In this document: positions 1-14,803 of the stretch, piece by piece
How the letters are laid out: every line of letters begins with the position of its first letter
How positions within the stretch are numbered: position 1 is the first letter of the stretch
Assembly: GCA_951406725.2 (NCBI GenBank)
Contig: OX597825.1
Coordinates: forward strand, 4,898,001 to 4,962,000
Reading direction: 5' to 3'
Length of the DNA stretch: 64,000 nucleotides
Source: Octopus vulgaris
Lineage: Eukaryota
Program-made: the position numbers and the translations under genes
The notes under the pieces: generated by a model
What the model saw: only the letters and a program-made list of their open reading frames with translations
The model's database searches: none
Told to the model about the DNA's origin: nothing

Positions 1-707
1 CGCATGCGTACACTTGGTTAAAATTTCTGTGTGTGTATAATTCTATATTGTTTTCTTTGCATATCTTGTCATCCAAATTTACGTACTTGATCAATTTATC
101 AATGCATTAAGCAAAAAGCTAATCTTGTTCTTTCATTAAGTCCCCATTCTACCGGCGTTACAGTTCTCACGTATCGCTATACCACAAGGTTGTTGGCTTT
201 TGGTGGTTGTGTTCTCTACATTAATGTCTTAGGGCAAAGAGGTTATCAACATGATGAAGATAAACGCACGTACTTAACAGCATTCGTGATGCTTGAGCAT
301 CATGTGCTTACAGCCGAAACCCATGTTCCTCGCGTAACAAGATAACGAACTAACGAACAGTAACACCGTGTCTCATCAGTCAGACGGAAAAGTAGAGGAC
401 TTGGTCATATAGAGTGCAAGTCGGAATCGCGGATACACCCAAAGGAATCTTATATGTGGAAATACTACACGACACACTGTTAGCTTGCAAGTTTCTCTTC
501 TGCTTAAGTACAACGTGGAGAAGTACAACACAGAGGCATCTGTTAATAAGCCTCGGGTTTGTTACACTGAAAGGGACAGTGTGTAGACGGAAACTGCTCA
601 ATCCTTCAGAGTGTATTTGTGTGTTTGTGCTTGATATGTGTGTGTCTTTGTCGTGTGTGTATGTGTCTTGTGTGTGTGTGTTTGTTTGTGTGCATACACA
701 TATGTAT

Positions 708-708
708 G

Positions 709-775
<67 letters not shown>

Positions 776-790
776 TTAGATAGATAGATG
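708..790. repeat. (GATA)n microsatellite
   Basis: Tandem GATA read directly. Confidence 0.95.
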
Positions 791-1609
791 TGTGTGTGAG
801 AGAGAGACAGACAAACAGACAGGCAGGCAGGCGGACAGACGAACAGAGACTATATTCGCACCAGTCCACAAAATTCCTTTTTTATATTTTGCATTTCGAC
901 AAATAATTTCAGATTAAATAACATCAGATTCGTATGATAACAGGGAGTAAATTTGCTCGGAAACCTGGTAAGTGAAGTGCTCCAGCATGATCGCTGATTC
1001 ACAGCCAGTAAAAGAATAAAGAGAAAAGAAATAGCTAAAGTCAGAAGGCAATGCCCCACTCTGATTTGGTTAATCTGATAGTCTTCAAACCCAACAGGAG
1101 CACATTTCCAGCTCTACTAAAAGAGAGCGAAAAATGAAAGAGATTCTGTTGTATGCTTAACTACATGTAATTCACCATTTCCAGCTTTTAAGCAGGCACG
1201 GGAAGCCATTTAGAGATATCACCAGTTTTCTTTTCTTTTTTTTTTCTTTCAGAGAATATAAAATTATTTCAGATTGCGTGTGTTTATTTGTGTGTTGAGT
1301 GTTGAGTGAGAGGATGGCAACGGGTTTCATTAAGAATGCTTCATGCTGAGGCAGAAAATTAGCCTATTTTCTGCCGTATACGATGCACAGCGTGTCGCAG
1401 TCCCCCGCTCTTTTCTTCATCATTTCCTTCTTTGGACGATTCCACTAACTAACATCGTCAGGACTTTATTTTTTTTCTCTCTGAGAAGAGGCTGCTAATC
1501 CTTCGCTTAATCTCTCCATTTCTGGAGAGAGAAAAATAATAAAAAGCGATGCGAGCGGTTTTCACCGCTCCACATTCTCCCTTTTCACTGCACAACGTAA
1601 TTGATTCCG

Positions 1610-2045
<436 letters not shown>

Positions 2046-3013
2046 TTATATGTGTATATGTGCACTATAATTTATGTATATTTCGGTACTGTACTTGCCT
2101 GATATGTGAGCTGACTCGATAACGTGTTTTGAAAGTAAGGCAACTTCAACATGGAAGACTCATTCTAGCCATTCTATGGCACTCAGAACCTGTAAACTTC
2201 ACATTCATTACTCGGTGTCACAATCTTTGTCGCACTCTCTTCCACCTGGTTCCTGTCACAGTTTCACTTGCAGTAATCGAATGAATATGTGAAGTTTCTA
2301 TCCGTGTTCCAATGACTAAAATGAGTCTACCAAGCTGTAAGTGCCTCTTTATTTTAATATTATGCAGTAAATAAAATCAAACAATCACTGCACTTAAGCG
2401 GCTGATATTTTTCCAGTAGCTATAAATGTACAGTCTTTGCTCTTTGACCCTGAAGGGACGATAGCATCCATTTTGTGAATCATTGATGTTCAGACGCCCT
2501 CGTTAAATTAGTGAAGACGTTGAATACACAGTTTATACTTGGTGAATATTGGCCATATAAGTTTATATTATCGAATATGAATTTCCCTTCTGTTATGGTT
2601 GTGTAAATGTATGTATATATATATATATATATGTGTGTATGTCTCTGTCAGGTGTATTGTATATATGTGTGTGTGTAGGAGCATTTGTTATTATATATAT
2701 GTGTGTGTTTGTAAGCGCATTTGTTATATATATATTATATATATGTGTGTGTGTGTGTAAGAGTATTTGTTATTATATATGTGTACATGTGTGTTAAGAA
2801 GAAATGCTGTATGCGTATGCTAAATCCAAAGAATATGGCGGAATGGCTAGAAACTTTGATTCTCCTTCAGGAAACGTGAAGTTCACATCGACAAGAATTG
2901 AACTCAGACCACAAAGATCCTAAACAACTTAATCGCAACATAGATTCTTCGACGCTCCAAAATTTCTGTTAATCAACTCTATGAAAACATAACGCATTCA
3001 TACAGACCTACGA

Positions 3014-3046
<33 letters not shown>

Positions 3047-3091
3047 TATATATGTATATATGTGTGTATATATATGTATATATATATACAC

Positions 3092-3135
<44 letters not shown>

Positions 3136-3934
3136 TCTCACGAACGCACGTGCTCAGAGGGAATACAGAGTGATCAATCAATATGGCAAGGTATCTTTAT
3201 TTCCCCCGTTTATTTTCCTTGTGATGGACACTCGGTAATTTGATCGTTTTCTGGAATATAAGAAAACATGGCGGGTGACAGATGACGTCGGTCTCGTGTA
3301 TCTCCAGCTTTCATCTCTTACATTCCTATGTTTGTTTTGTTACTGCCCTCTTTAGACACATTAAGGTAGTTTTTTCGCTTTTCTATTTAGAATAAGGAAA
3401 GATGATACATGCGTATTTTACACATGACAAACTTACTGGTAATATTTGATTTTCAAGTTTCTGTTGAAGTCGAAAGATCTACTGTATTAATAACATAGTC
3501 TCAAATCGTCAAAGACAAAAGGCGAACACACATGCGCGCGCAGCATACATACCAGGCATTCACTCGACTCGTATTCATTGTATCAGTCTTTATTCACTTG
3601 GCTCCATTTTATTCATTCTTCGACGCTTTCCTTCTCTGAGGTGGGATGTAGATAATATAGTATTTCTATGATTCTCATGCTCGTGTATTCGCATCTCAGT
3701 CTAGGAATTATAATTTAACTCTGTATGCATGTGTGTGTGTTTATGTGTGTGTTTGTGTGTGTGTAATATAGCGGACGTCATAACAATTCATGAGAGAACG
3801 TGAAATAATTAGCGAGAGAGTGTGAAATAATTATCTTTTCTTTCCTTTTATTTTTATTCTTTTTTTTTTGGGAGCGGTGGATGTCGAAGCACCCAAAGCT
3901 ATAGATAAAAAGCATAGAATTGTTAGATTATACA

Positions 3935-3995
<61 letters not shown>

Positions 3996-4022
3996 AACAT
4001 ACATATATATATATATATATAA

Positions 4023-4072
<50 letters not shown>

Positions 4073-4389
4073 GGAATTTATATGCAAATATACGACCATA
4101 TATATGATTGTATAATTAATGTAGGTACATTGTATATGTACAATTTACGGCAAAAATACTGACACACACAAATACGTATTTTGTTTACGTTTCAGTTTAA
4201 TTTTGGTGTTTGACTCATTGTTTGTTTTTTTAAAGAACCGGACACAAGTGCTAACTTCGCCGCCACAAGCCACGCGACACCATCAACAACATTAGCGGAA
4301 ACTGCAATTTAAAACTACATAATGGGCCTAAATCAAAATGTTCTACTTTACTCATATATTGATTGTGGTTAGTTTTAGAGATGAGGTCA

Positions 4390-4425
4390 AAGAAAGAACG
4401 AAAGAAAGACAGTAAGAAAGAAGGA

Positions 4426-4477
<52 letters not shown>

Positions 4478-4479
4478 AG

Positions 4480-4510
<31 letters not shown>
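4390..4510. repeat. (AAAG)n microsatellite
   Basis: Tandem AAAG. Confidence 0.9.
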
Positions 4511-4511
<1 letters not shown>

Positions 4512-5032
4512 TGATTTAAATATAAATATACAGGCGCAGGCGTGGCTGTGTGGTAAGATGCTTGCTTCCCAACCGCATGGATTTGGGTTCAGTCCCTCTC
4601 AGTGTCAACTTGCGCATGTTTCATCTCTCTCTACCCTGTCTTTTTTCTAAAAAAGTTTTCGTCCAGCGTTTACTATTTTCCTCTCCTTCTTGTCTAACGA
4701 CCTTCCATGTTTGTTTTCCTTCGTTTTCCTTGTATGTCTGCACTGTCATTTTATTGTTTCCAGCTTTGATCCTCCATAAATCCTAAATTTTGTTTCAGAA
4801 TTTATGAGAGCGACTGTCTTTGAAGACCCATCTTGTCGTTGAATGCTTGAAATCAGGAGCAGATAGATAACCGACAACTGATGAAGGGTCCTTTCTCTTT
4901 GTTAACTTGTCCTGTTTTACATTTTTCTCGATGTTTTCGTTTAGTATTCCTTTCTCCCTAGTTTGTTTACGTTTTTCACGTATTTGTGTACCGTTGGTGA
5001 CGTCCTGTACCCATATAAGCATGTATGTATGA

Positions 5033-5582
<550 letters not shown>

Positions 5583-6071
5583 ATATTATTATTTTATATG
5601 AACGTGACGCATACTTTTCCAAGTATATATATATATATATATAGAACAATTTATTGCTAATATTCATTTGTCTCTTAATGAAGTAGTTGAGTGCTTATTA
5701 TGTAAGTATTGTCGCACTTTTAATTAAGTTACAGTTTTATGAAGTGGTGTAATAGACGAATAAACACCGCCATAGATGACTTATCAAAATAAAAACACAT
5801 TTAAAAAATGAATGACTAGTATTGTTAACTCTTATTGTTCGTTCATTTATTAATTTATTTATTGATGCAGAATTGAAAACGCAACAAGTCACAAAATAAT
5901 AACAGGAAGAAGAAAAGCAAATAAAATGTCAATGTGAGAATTAATAATTTTGTGAATTTCGTTTTACTCTCATTTCTTTTTCAATTCACATTCATCGATG
6001 GTGGAACGAAAGCTCTTTAAGAGTTGATTGTGTGAGTGTATACATATAGAGTGTATATTATACATGTGGAT

Positions 6072-6138
6072 GCGCAATGACCCAGTGGTTAGGTCAGCGG
6101 ACACGTGGTCGTGGGATAGCGGTTTCGAATCCCGGAAC
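6072..6138 (+). mobile_element. Isolated tRNA-like SINE head
   Basis: GACCCAGTGGTTAGG (A-box-like) ... TTTCGAATCCCGG (B-box-like), followed by (CA)n. Confidence 0.5.
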
Positions 6139-6629
6139 ACGCACACACACATTCATCATACATACATCATATGTACATACTTCATACATTCTTCCATATA
6201 TACATACATACGTACGTACGCATACATACATACATACATACTTCATACATTCTTCCATATATACATACATACGTACGTACGCATACATACATACATACAC
6301 ACATACATATTTCTATCTTTGGTTGCCAAATGATGTTTGACATTTGCTTGTTGTCTATTGATTACACGTTGTTTCTGGTTATTTTGACAAATACCAAAGT
6401 TGAGGAAATTAGGCCAGACTTATTGTGAAACAAAACTGGTGAGGAGTGCAGGAATAATGTATTGCGACGACAAGTTGGAATGGTTCTGGTTGAATCGGAA
6501 CTGGTTATGTCGGAAATTCCGGCTGAAACATCGTTGCTTTCTATTCTTTCACAGACACCAAACATAAAACAACTAAATCTCTCTGGTTCAGATGCAACAA
6601 TGAACTTTCATACAAAAACCATTAGACTA

Positions 6630-6970
6630 GGCGCGTGGTTCCGGGTTCAGTCCCACTACGTGGCACCTTGGCCAAGTGTCTTCTACTATAGCCTCGGGCC
6701 GACCAAAGCCTTCTGAGTGCATTTGGTAAACGGAAACTGAAAGAAGCCCATTGTATATATATACGTGTGTGTGTGTGTTTGTCCCCCCACCCCAACATGA
6801 CTTGGCAACCGATGCTGGCGTGTTTACGTCCCCGTAACTTAGCGGTTCGGCAAAAGAGACCGATAGAATAAGTACTAGGCTTACAATGAATGTCTTTGGG
6901 CCGATTTGCTCGTCTAAAGGCGGTGCCCCAGCATGGCCGCAGTGAAATGACTGAAACAAATAAAAGAAAA
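6630..6970 (+). mobile_element. SINE family A
   Basis: GGTTCAGTCCCACT..CACCTTGGCCAAGTGTCTTC and tail GGTGCCCCAGCATGGCCGCAG..ACTGAAACAAA. Confidence 0.85.
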
Positions 6971-7324
6971 CGGAAAAATGCTGATTATAAAGTGAAACAA
7001 TCCGTACTTAAATCATTGTCTATTGTCGCAAATGTTTCGTTTCTGATTATTTTAGGGATTACAATTTTCTTCTTCTTTTGTAGCAAATTATTCATTCGGA
7101 GGAATGAGATGTTTACCCTGAAGTATTTGATCCTTTTATTGGTATTGAAGTAGTTGAAATTACAGATCTGTACCCCGTTAGATTGATATCCTTCATATAT
7201 TATACGTCAAACGTTCTGTTAAGGTCCTCCTGTGAAAATAATATTTAAATGAAATAAAGCTACAATTTAAACACACACACTTGTCATAAACTGACGATTT
7301 CTACTGAGTATTAAGATATACAAC

Positions 7325-7349
7325 ATTATTATTATTGTTGTTGTTGTTA

Positions 7350-7430
<81 letters not shown>

Positions 7431-7509
7431 TTATCATTATTATTGTTATCATCATCATCATCATCATCATCATTATTATTATTATCCTTATTGTTATTGT
7501 TATCATCAG

Positions 7510-7545
<36 letters not shown>

Positions 7546-7555
7546 TATTATTATT
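7325..7555. repeat. Compound (ATT)/(ACT)/(ATC) trinucleotide microsatellite
   Basis: Read directly. Confidence 0.9.
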
Positions 7556-7557
7556 AA

Positions 7558-7770
7558 GGCGGCGAGTTGGCAGAATCGTAAGCACTCCGGGAAAGTGCAT
7601 AATGGCATTTCGCCTGTCGTTACGTTCTGAGTTCAAATTCCGCCGAGGTCGACTTCACCCTTCATGCTCTTCGGACTCGATAAATTAAGTACCAGTAAAA
7701 CACTGGAGTCAATATAATTTAACTAGTCCCCTTCCCCAACAATTTAAGACCTTGTATCTGTAGTACAAAA
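7558..7770 (+). mobile_element. tRNA-derived SINE family B (central domain resembling the Meta domain)
   Basis: Head GGCGGCGAGTTGGCAGAATCG, B box GAGTTCAAATTCC, central CTTCATGCTCTTCGG..CGATAAATTAAGTACCAG. A second degenerate copy follows at about 7780-7940. Confidence 0.8.
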
Positions 7771-8382
7771 GAAATGATAGCATGCCGGGTAAACTACTTA
7801 CCGACGCCTTGCCCGGTTATGCGTCCTGAGCTCAAATTACGCCAAGGGGTCGATAAAATAAGTACCAGCTGTACACTGAGGTCGATGTAATCGGTTTATC
7901 CTCTCCCTTAACAAATTGCTCGCCTTGTGCCAAAATTATTATTCTATATCTGCATGAGTGTTTATCTATCTATCTATCTGTCTGTCTGTCTGTCTGCCTG
8001 TCTGTCTACCTGCCTGTCGGTCTGTCTTTGCCATATCAGTAATCCTGCTAAAGCGATGGATCATATTTTCAATCTTCGTACTTTCAGATATGCATCAAAG
8101 GTTTGATAACTGTCAGAGATACCTGAGTACGCTTCATATGGTTCAGCAATATTTTGCTGATGTTGCGGAACCTCCAGTGGTGGTCTCGCAGAAAATATCG
8201 GAGAAGAGAAAATGGAATGGATGGGCGGAGAAGAGAGAGAGAGAGAGAAAAAAAAACGAGCCATCGTTTGTAAGAGAGAGAAGGGGAAGTGAGTGAGAGA
8301 GATAAGGGTGTACTACTTTTTGACTGGAAGTAGAATTTTTTTTAAATGTTTAGATGTATACTATGTAGGTGTGTGTACGTGC

Positions 8383-8441
<59 letters not shown>

Positions 8442-9509
8442 CGCGTGTGTATGTGTGTATACATGAGGGTGTGCGTATGTGAAATTAGATAGAGTAAGGC
8501 AGAGACTTAAGTTTCACCACATCAAATACATTTACACTTTTCGTCAAACAGACGAAAACCCAGCTGATAAACACCCGAACCCTTTGAGAGAATGACAAAG
8601 AAAATCTGTTTTTGAACATATAAAAATAAGTTTAAAAAATAACACGCATACAACACAATCTTGGATATCTTGAGGGGAGAAAATGTAGAGTTTTGTGAAG
8701 TGTGAGCTATTTACGGCTTACATCGAGTGGCAGTGAGTTATGAACTGTTTGCAAACAAAGAAGCACTGTTCGATAAGGGACCAGATAAAAATGCTAAACC
8801 GGTCTTTTAATGGATAAAACACGTTGACCCCCTTCACCTCAGTAACCAACCAAATAAGTTAGTTTTCCCCCATCACCCTTGATTTTTCAGTTTACCACCA
8901 CCACCACTACCATCACCACCATCACCATCACCATCACCATCACCGTCACAATATCATCGCCACCGAAATAACCCTTAGCTGACTTAGTTGTATACATACT
9001 GGCTTCAAGGTTTGGCACAAGGCCAGTAATGTCGGGGGAGAGAGTCAGCTAACTACATCCACCTAGTGTGCAGTTGGTACTTATTTTATCGACCCCGAGA
9101 GGATGAAAGGCAGAGTCGACCCCGGTGGAATTCGAACTCAAAACGTGTCTACAGACACGCTAACGATTCTCTCAGCTCACGGCCTTATTGATATCATCAC
9201 TATGACTTAGCAAGAATGTGTCGAGCCTGAGTCAGTCCTTGAGATTGCCGACCCAACAACCTCTGCGCCCTAAACAGACTTACACAGCAAAACCCAAAAG
9301 TGCCATTCTATACAAGCGTCGCTCGGGCCACCTCCATCGTCCCCTTCCTTCTAGCTACGCTTATGTATCACTACCACCACCACTACCTTTAAACCACAAT
9401 CCGGTAGAATCCTTTCAACGAGTTCTGGTGTTCTGACTGTCTACTCTCCGAGTTCAAATCATATCTAGGGATCTTTGCCTTTCATCTCTTCGGGGTGAAT
9501 AATTGGAAA

Positions 9510-9730
9510 TATCCTTTTCTACGTCTAAACGCAAGGCTCGAGATTTTTGGGGAGCGGGGCAGTCGTTTAGATCGACCTCAATACCTAATTAGTACTTGAT
9601 TTATTGACCCCGAAAGGATGGATGAAAGGCAAAGTCGACCTCGGCGGAATTTGAACTCAGAACGTAACGGCAGACGAAATACGGCTACGCATTTCGCCCG
9701 GCGTGCTAACGTTTCTGCCAGCTCGCCGCC
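9510..9730 (-). mobile_element. SINE family B
   Basis: Reverse complement of the family B head and body. A degenerate copy lies at about 9000-9185. Confidence 0.85.
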
Positions 9731-9939
9731 TTGTTTTTCCAAAAACCTTTTATTGCATATAATCTTCATCATTACTGACATTGTTTTCTACATTTTGATG
9801 ACAACAACAATTAAGTGGAAACATTTCAAATTCTGTTGTTACGTCATAATCACTAGCGACACAACGTAATCAAACGAGAATGTGAGCTGTGTTACTAATA
9901 AGCTGTTTCGTAAAATCTGCGGTTAAAGGTTGTCATAAG

Positions 9940-10458
9940 TCACCTCTCTGGCCCCAGCAGACATTGGAGAAGGCGTTACCCCGGCGGGGGGCAAGAGAGA
10001 TGCGCTGAAGCAGCCACTCTGATTCACGGCTTGCGGACAGCCATCTCCACCTTGATACCGGTGAGCAGGGATATGGTCTGGGTGCCAAAAACTCCAGAAG
10101 TCTCCACAGCCAAGGCTTTACCATAAATCCACCAATACCTTTACAGCTTGCTTTTCGCAACCTGACGAGCGACGGAGTGTGGGCTGGTAGCTGACTGCAC
10201 CAAGTTGCCGTTGGAGGAGGTGCTACAGCATGTGGAATCCCCGATGGGTGGGGGCTGCTACCACGAAACGGGAATGTTGTCATACTGGCCAGCCTTTCAC
10301 CGTCCCCTCGGTTTAGCCCCACTGACTTGAGCTGGAAAGGAAAGTCTGCAGCGTCTAGGCCAAGCTTAATGATCTTGTTAAGGGCAACATAGCGTGGAAT
10401 GCGGCAAGCTCTATGACGGCATGACAGTGGTTGAAGGCCGGAAGAATCCACACCGCAT
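9940..10458 (-). mobile_element. CRE-clade non-LTR retrotransposon 3' fragment (zinc knuckle plus RLE domain), frameshifted
   Basis: Stitched frames give [70 protein letters not shown]. This matches the CRE C-terminal pattern H.LSC..RH..LN..R.DGKRPDG..WD.T..AVET.G..QR.S.A..RGNA. Confidence 0.8.
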
Positions 10459-10459
10459 A

Positions 10460-10504
<45 letters not shown>

Positions 10505-10645
10505 CGTGTGTGTGTGTGTGTGTGTGCGTCTGTCTGTTTGCGTCTCTGTGCGCATCTTTGTGTGTCTGTGTGAGTGTATGTGTGTATGCATGTATGCATG
10601 TGTAAATATTTTTATATTTATATATCTATGTATGTGTATATATGC

Positions 10646-10766
<121 letters not shown>

Positions 10767-10789
10767 ATATATATAGAAATAAATAGTAG

Positions 10790-10833
<44 letters not shown>

Positions 10834-11540
10834 TATAATATATTAGTTGTGTGTATCTGCGTGTGTGCTTTCATTAGTGTGCGTGTGTGATACACTTTTC
10901 CCTTGTTCACATAACTTTGTTTTCATTCCACATTTTAATGGTTAAAATGTTACTCACAAAAGAATGTATATCCTGATACACTTTGCGCATTGTATAGACA
11001 GAGAGACTGATGATATGTGTGTGTATGTGTTCGTGTGCATTTGTGTGTGTCAGTGTGGTGTTACATAACGCAACAGAAAACCGTGGAGTTTCTGCTAGCA
11101 TATTTAATGTGGGGTCAAATACTTCTCTGGGTAATGTATCTCAGTACGAGGCGGAATGGCAGGCAAGCGTATCACCACTGCCTCCCACACTGCTATCACC
11201 ACCAACACCAACACTACCATCATCATAACAGTCACACCAGTTTACCTATCATCACCATCATCATCATCACTTCGGTTTCTGAAAATATCGTGCAAAAAAT
11301 GAACGCAAAAGTTAACCTAAAAACGAATGACTGTTTTAAATATGAGCTCGACTCCTTCCTTTGATCTTGAGATTGGGTGATGCTTTATTCTCAGATCAGC
11401 CATGTTTGAGCAGAACGAGAACGCTTCCTGTGGTTAATGTGAAATTAAGTAAAATAAAGTCGATAGATGGCAGGAATATACAATAAATGGGAAGGCAAAA
11501 AAGAAGTTTGTCCTGTGTAATCTCGTCTGAATGTAGCACA

Positions 11541-11885
11541 CTTCTTTTTCTCTTCTATACATTTCAGCCCAAACGACGTGGCCATGCTGGAGCACCACCG
11601 GTCTAATCACCTTTTCATTGGCCATCCTTATGCTATTGGCTTCTGGTGAAGGAAAGAGTTCGATAGTGCTGTTGTTTTTGAGTTTCTTGCCGGGATATAA
11701 GTTCATCTGGGACTCCTGGGACGTCAAGAGGTCAAGTTGTTTCTTGTAAACATCTACAACTTACTCCACGAAGATCCTCAGATCTTTTGGCAAGGCGTTA
11801 GATAGCTGTGGGTCCTTGAATTCCTAGCTATTACAGTACATGGTCCTCATTGTAGATGGGATAACTCGGCCCTTCGAAACTGCGT
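11541..11885 (-). mobile_element. CR1-group LINE 3' end, degenerate
   Basis: Stitched translation GIQGP..NALPKDLR..VDVYKKQLD..VPDE, then a 3' tail GGTGGTGCTCCAGCATGGCCAC..CTGAAA. Confidence 0.7.
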
Positions 11886-11954
11886 GTATTTTTGAATGAC
11901 TTACTTACAGGTAGGGAAAGAGTGCTAATGACCTTTTTCAGGAGGAGGAGGAGG

Positions 11955-12031
<77 letters not shown>

Positions 12032-12033
<2 letters not shown>

Positions 12034-12530
12034 GTGGTACGAACATAAACCCGAAGCCATCATCGAAAATGATAACGCAAAGATCCTATGAGATTTTATG
12101 ATTCAGTGCAACCATGAGATAGAGAATAGGAAGCCAGACTTAGTGTTATTTGAAAAAGAAATCAAACTACGCTGGATCATAGATATAGCATGCCCAGCTG
12201 ACAACAAGGTATACGATAAGGAAGAAAGAAAAGTTGATAGATATGAGAGGTTGGCTTGGAAGATTAAGCAGTTGTGGTCGCTGAAAAAGGTGCTAGTAGT
12301 ACCGATAACTGTCGGAACCCTGGGGACAGTGAGTAAAATCTTGAGAAGTACATGGAACAAATAGGGGCTGCAATAAGGGTGGAGTACTTGCAGAAAACAG
12401 CACTGCTTGGAACAGCTCGAATACTCCGGATGGTGCTCGAAAAATAAGAGGTATTACCTTAGTTCACTGGTAGTGAACAGCTGGCACTGTAGTACATCTC
12501 CAGCGATAGAAGCTGTGCAAAACAACAAAT
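12032..12530 (+). mobile_element. R4/Dong-clade non-LTR retrotransposon 3' fragment (RLE domain) in (TAA)n
   Basis: KWYEHKPEAIIENDNAKIL..MIQCNHEIENRKPDLVLFEK..IDIACP..KVDRYERL..VVPITVGTLG..LQKTALLGTARILRMVLEK*, with an RPD/D/K-Y RLE pattern. Preceded by (ATA)n and followed by a TAA/TGA-rich tail. Confidence 0.9.
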
Positions 12531-12579
12531 AATGAGAATAATGATGATGATGATAATAAAAGGGCTATGGTTATGCTGA

Positions 12580-12658
<79 letters not shown>

Positions 12659-13252
12659 TTCTTTTATTGCTCAACGGGCGATTGACGAAAGGGTCATTAC
12701 TGAATCAGGTTCTAAAGAAAACGTGGGGCTTTGTAACATCGGTTAGACAATATAAAACCATAAATATATATTTTCCATATTCCTTAACAGCAGGACCATT
12801 ATCTTGAAATGTCTTTACCGCTTAGTTCTTGAAGTCTTCAGCAGACACGAAATCAACCAAACCTTGTTCTCTGCTAGAAATACCACATTTTCCCGCATAA
12901 CATGCTTTGTTTTCCTTTTTACACGTTTAATTCTTACATAGACAAGATTGAAACGGTTCAATGAATATTTCGACATAACAATATCCACCAGTTTAAATAC
13001 TGATTGCTCACATATGTACAAAAAGTTGTACGGACTAGCGTAGAGCCTCTATATATCAATTTGACTTCCTAGAAATAATAGTCACAAATCCCACAAATCA
13101 CATGTTACTACACGATTATAAAATCAACGAAAACGAACGAAAGATACTGGTTAGAGTTGTTTTCGATACGTTATGTCCGATTTAAATATATAGCGGCAGA
13201 TACAAAACAATGTTTTCTGTCTGCTCGATCAGAAATTGCCTCTTGTCAAACC

Positions 13253-13520
13253 TATTTCTTTACTACCCACAAGGGGCTAAACACAGAGGGACAAACAAGG
13301 ACAGACAAACGGATTAAGTCGATTATATCGACCCTAGTGCGTAACTGGTACTTAATTAATCGACCCCGAAAGGATGAAAGGCAAAGTGTACCTCGGCGGA
13401 ATTTTAACTCAGAACGTAACGGCAGACGAAATACCTATTTCTTTACTACCCACAAGGGGCTAAACACAGAGAGGACAAATAAGGACAGACAAACGGATTA
13501 AGTCGATTATATCGACCCAT
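13253..13520 (-). mobile_element. SINE family B tandem dimer (tail variant GTTTAGCCCCTTGTGGGTAGTAAAGAAATAG)
   Basis: Direct repeat of CTATTTCTTTACTACCCACAAGGGGCTAAACACAG at about 13252 and 13435. Confidence 0.85.
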
Positions 13521-13562
13521 TGCACGGTAATCGCTATAAGATTTAGGCTTATATAAATACAA

Positions 13563-13632
<70 letters not shown>

Positions 13633-14400
13633 TAAAAACGGTAAGATAACAAAAGAAAGAAAGAGACCTTATATTGATATATGTATATATAGAGAGAGAT
13701 TATATTGATGTAATGTATGTACGTATGTATGTTTGATAGATCTGCATCTATCATATTAAACACATGGGACGCATGAGTGTATTAGAAGATGGCTGATATA
13801 GTTTTGATCATGGAGCTGATCTGGGCATTATCAGTGACAACAAAGACGTCCAAGGCCATCGAGGTTGATTATTTGAGCAGTCACCAGCAACATGTGTCTC
13901 AAATCACACTCGGTGAGTTGAACTTGTAAAGAAGCATTGGAGGGAGCATAAAAATGCACTTGGTGCACATGCTGAAATACACACGGGTTACAATATGCAG
14001 TCAGGCAATGTATCTTTATGCATTAAGTTTTGTTTTCCCACTTCATTCTACCAAACACCTCCACATTCCACAAAAAGACACCCATCGACACATATGCGCG
14101 TATGCGTGCGTGCGTGTGTGAGAGAGAGAGTGAGAGAGAGAGAGAAAGAGAGGGAGGGTTAGTAGCGTTTCCTGCATGGAAGTAAATCGAGCAATGAATG
14201 CCTAATATATAAATTTGAATGAAAATAGTAAATCAAATTTAAGCATGATTTTTTTTTCCATTTTTAAATAACGCAGCTGGAAATGGTGGGGGAATAGTAC
14301 TCTAAGTGCCCTACTTCAATTACATGGCTGGATTTTCAAAAGTGCAGGCGGTTGCTCTTGATATATACACACACATACATACATGCATACATACATACAT

Positions 14401-14803
14401 AAAAATTAGGCTTCTCAAAACCAGAAAGGAGAAAGCTAATTCGAAGGCTACAGATCCAATCCATCACTGGAACTGTAAAAATTTGTAAAACTTTCTAGAA
14501 GTTTATCATTTCAATATATATGAGCTTGTCTAGATATGTAACTATATGCATGAGAATATATATATATAAAACATACAAATCTGTACATACATACATACAT
14601 GAGTACATACATACATACATGCATACATACATACATACATACATACATACATACATACATACATACATACATACATACATACATACATACATACATACCT
14701 CATTGTTGATGTTGAAATTCCTAAGAAAGAACTTTGGATCTAGGTTAGAAACCGTTTTTTTTTTCTCTATTGGCAAGAAATCTTGAAATAAACAGAATAA
14801 TGA
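14401..14803 (+). mobile_element. R4-like RLE retrotransposon extreme 3' end plus UTR, (CATA)n-associated copy 1
   Basis: KLGFSKPERRKLIRRLQIQSITGTVKICKTF is homologous to the C-terminus at 15780-15870. CATA repeats lie upstream, inside the UTR and downstream. Confidence 0.75.

Noticed and set aside
380-600. Unique sequence with short ORFs at the window start
   Set aside because: No recognisable homology or clear splice frame.
4810-5010. CTGATGAAGG in a repeat related to 59635-59770
   Set aside because: No downstream GAAA box or stem II; possibly a Penelope-type relic but not supportable as a ribozyme.
8061-8264. Possible minus-strand exon PPLEVPQHQQNIAEPYEAYSG
   Set aside because: No recognisable protein similarity and a weak acceptor; needs transcript data.
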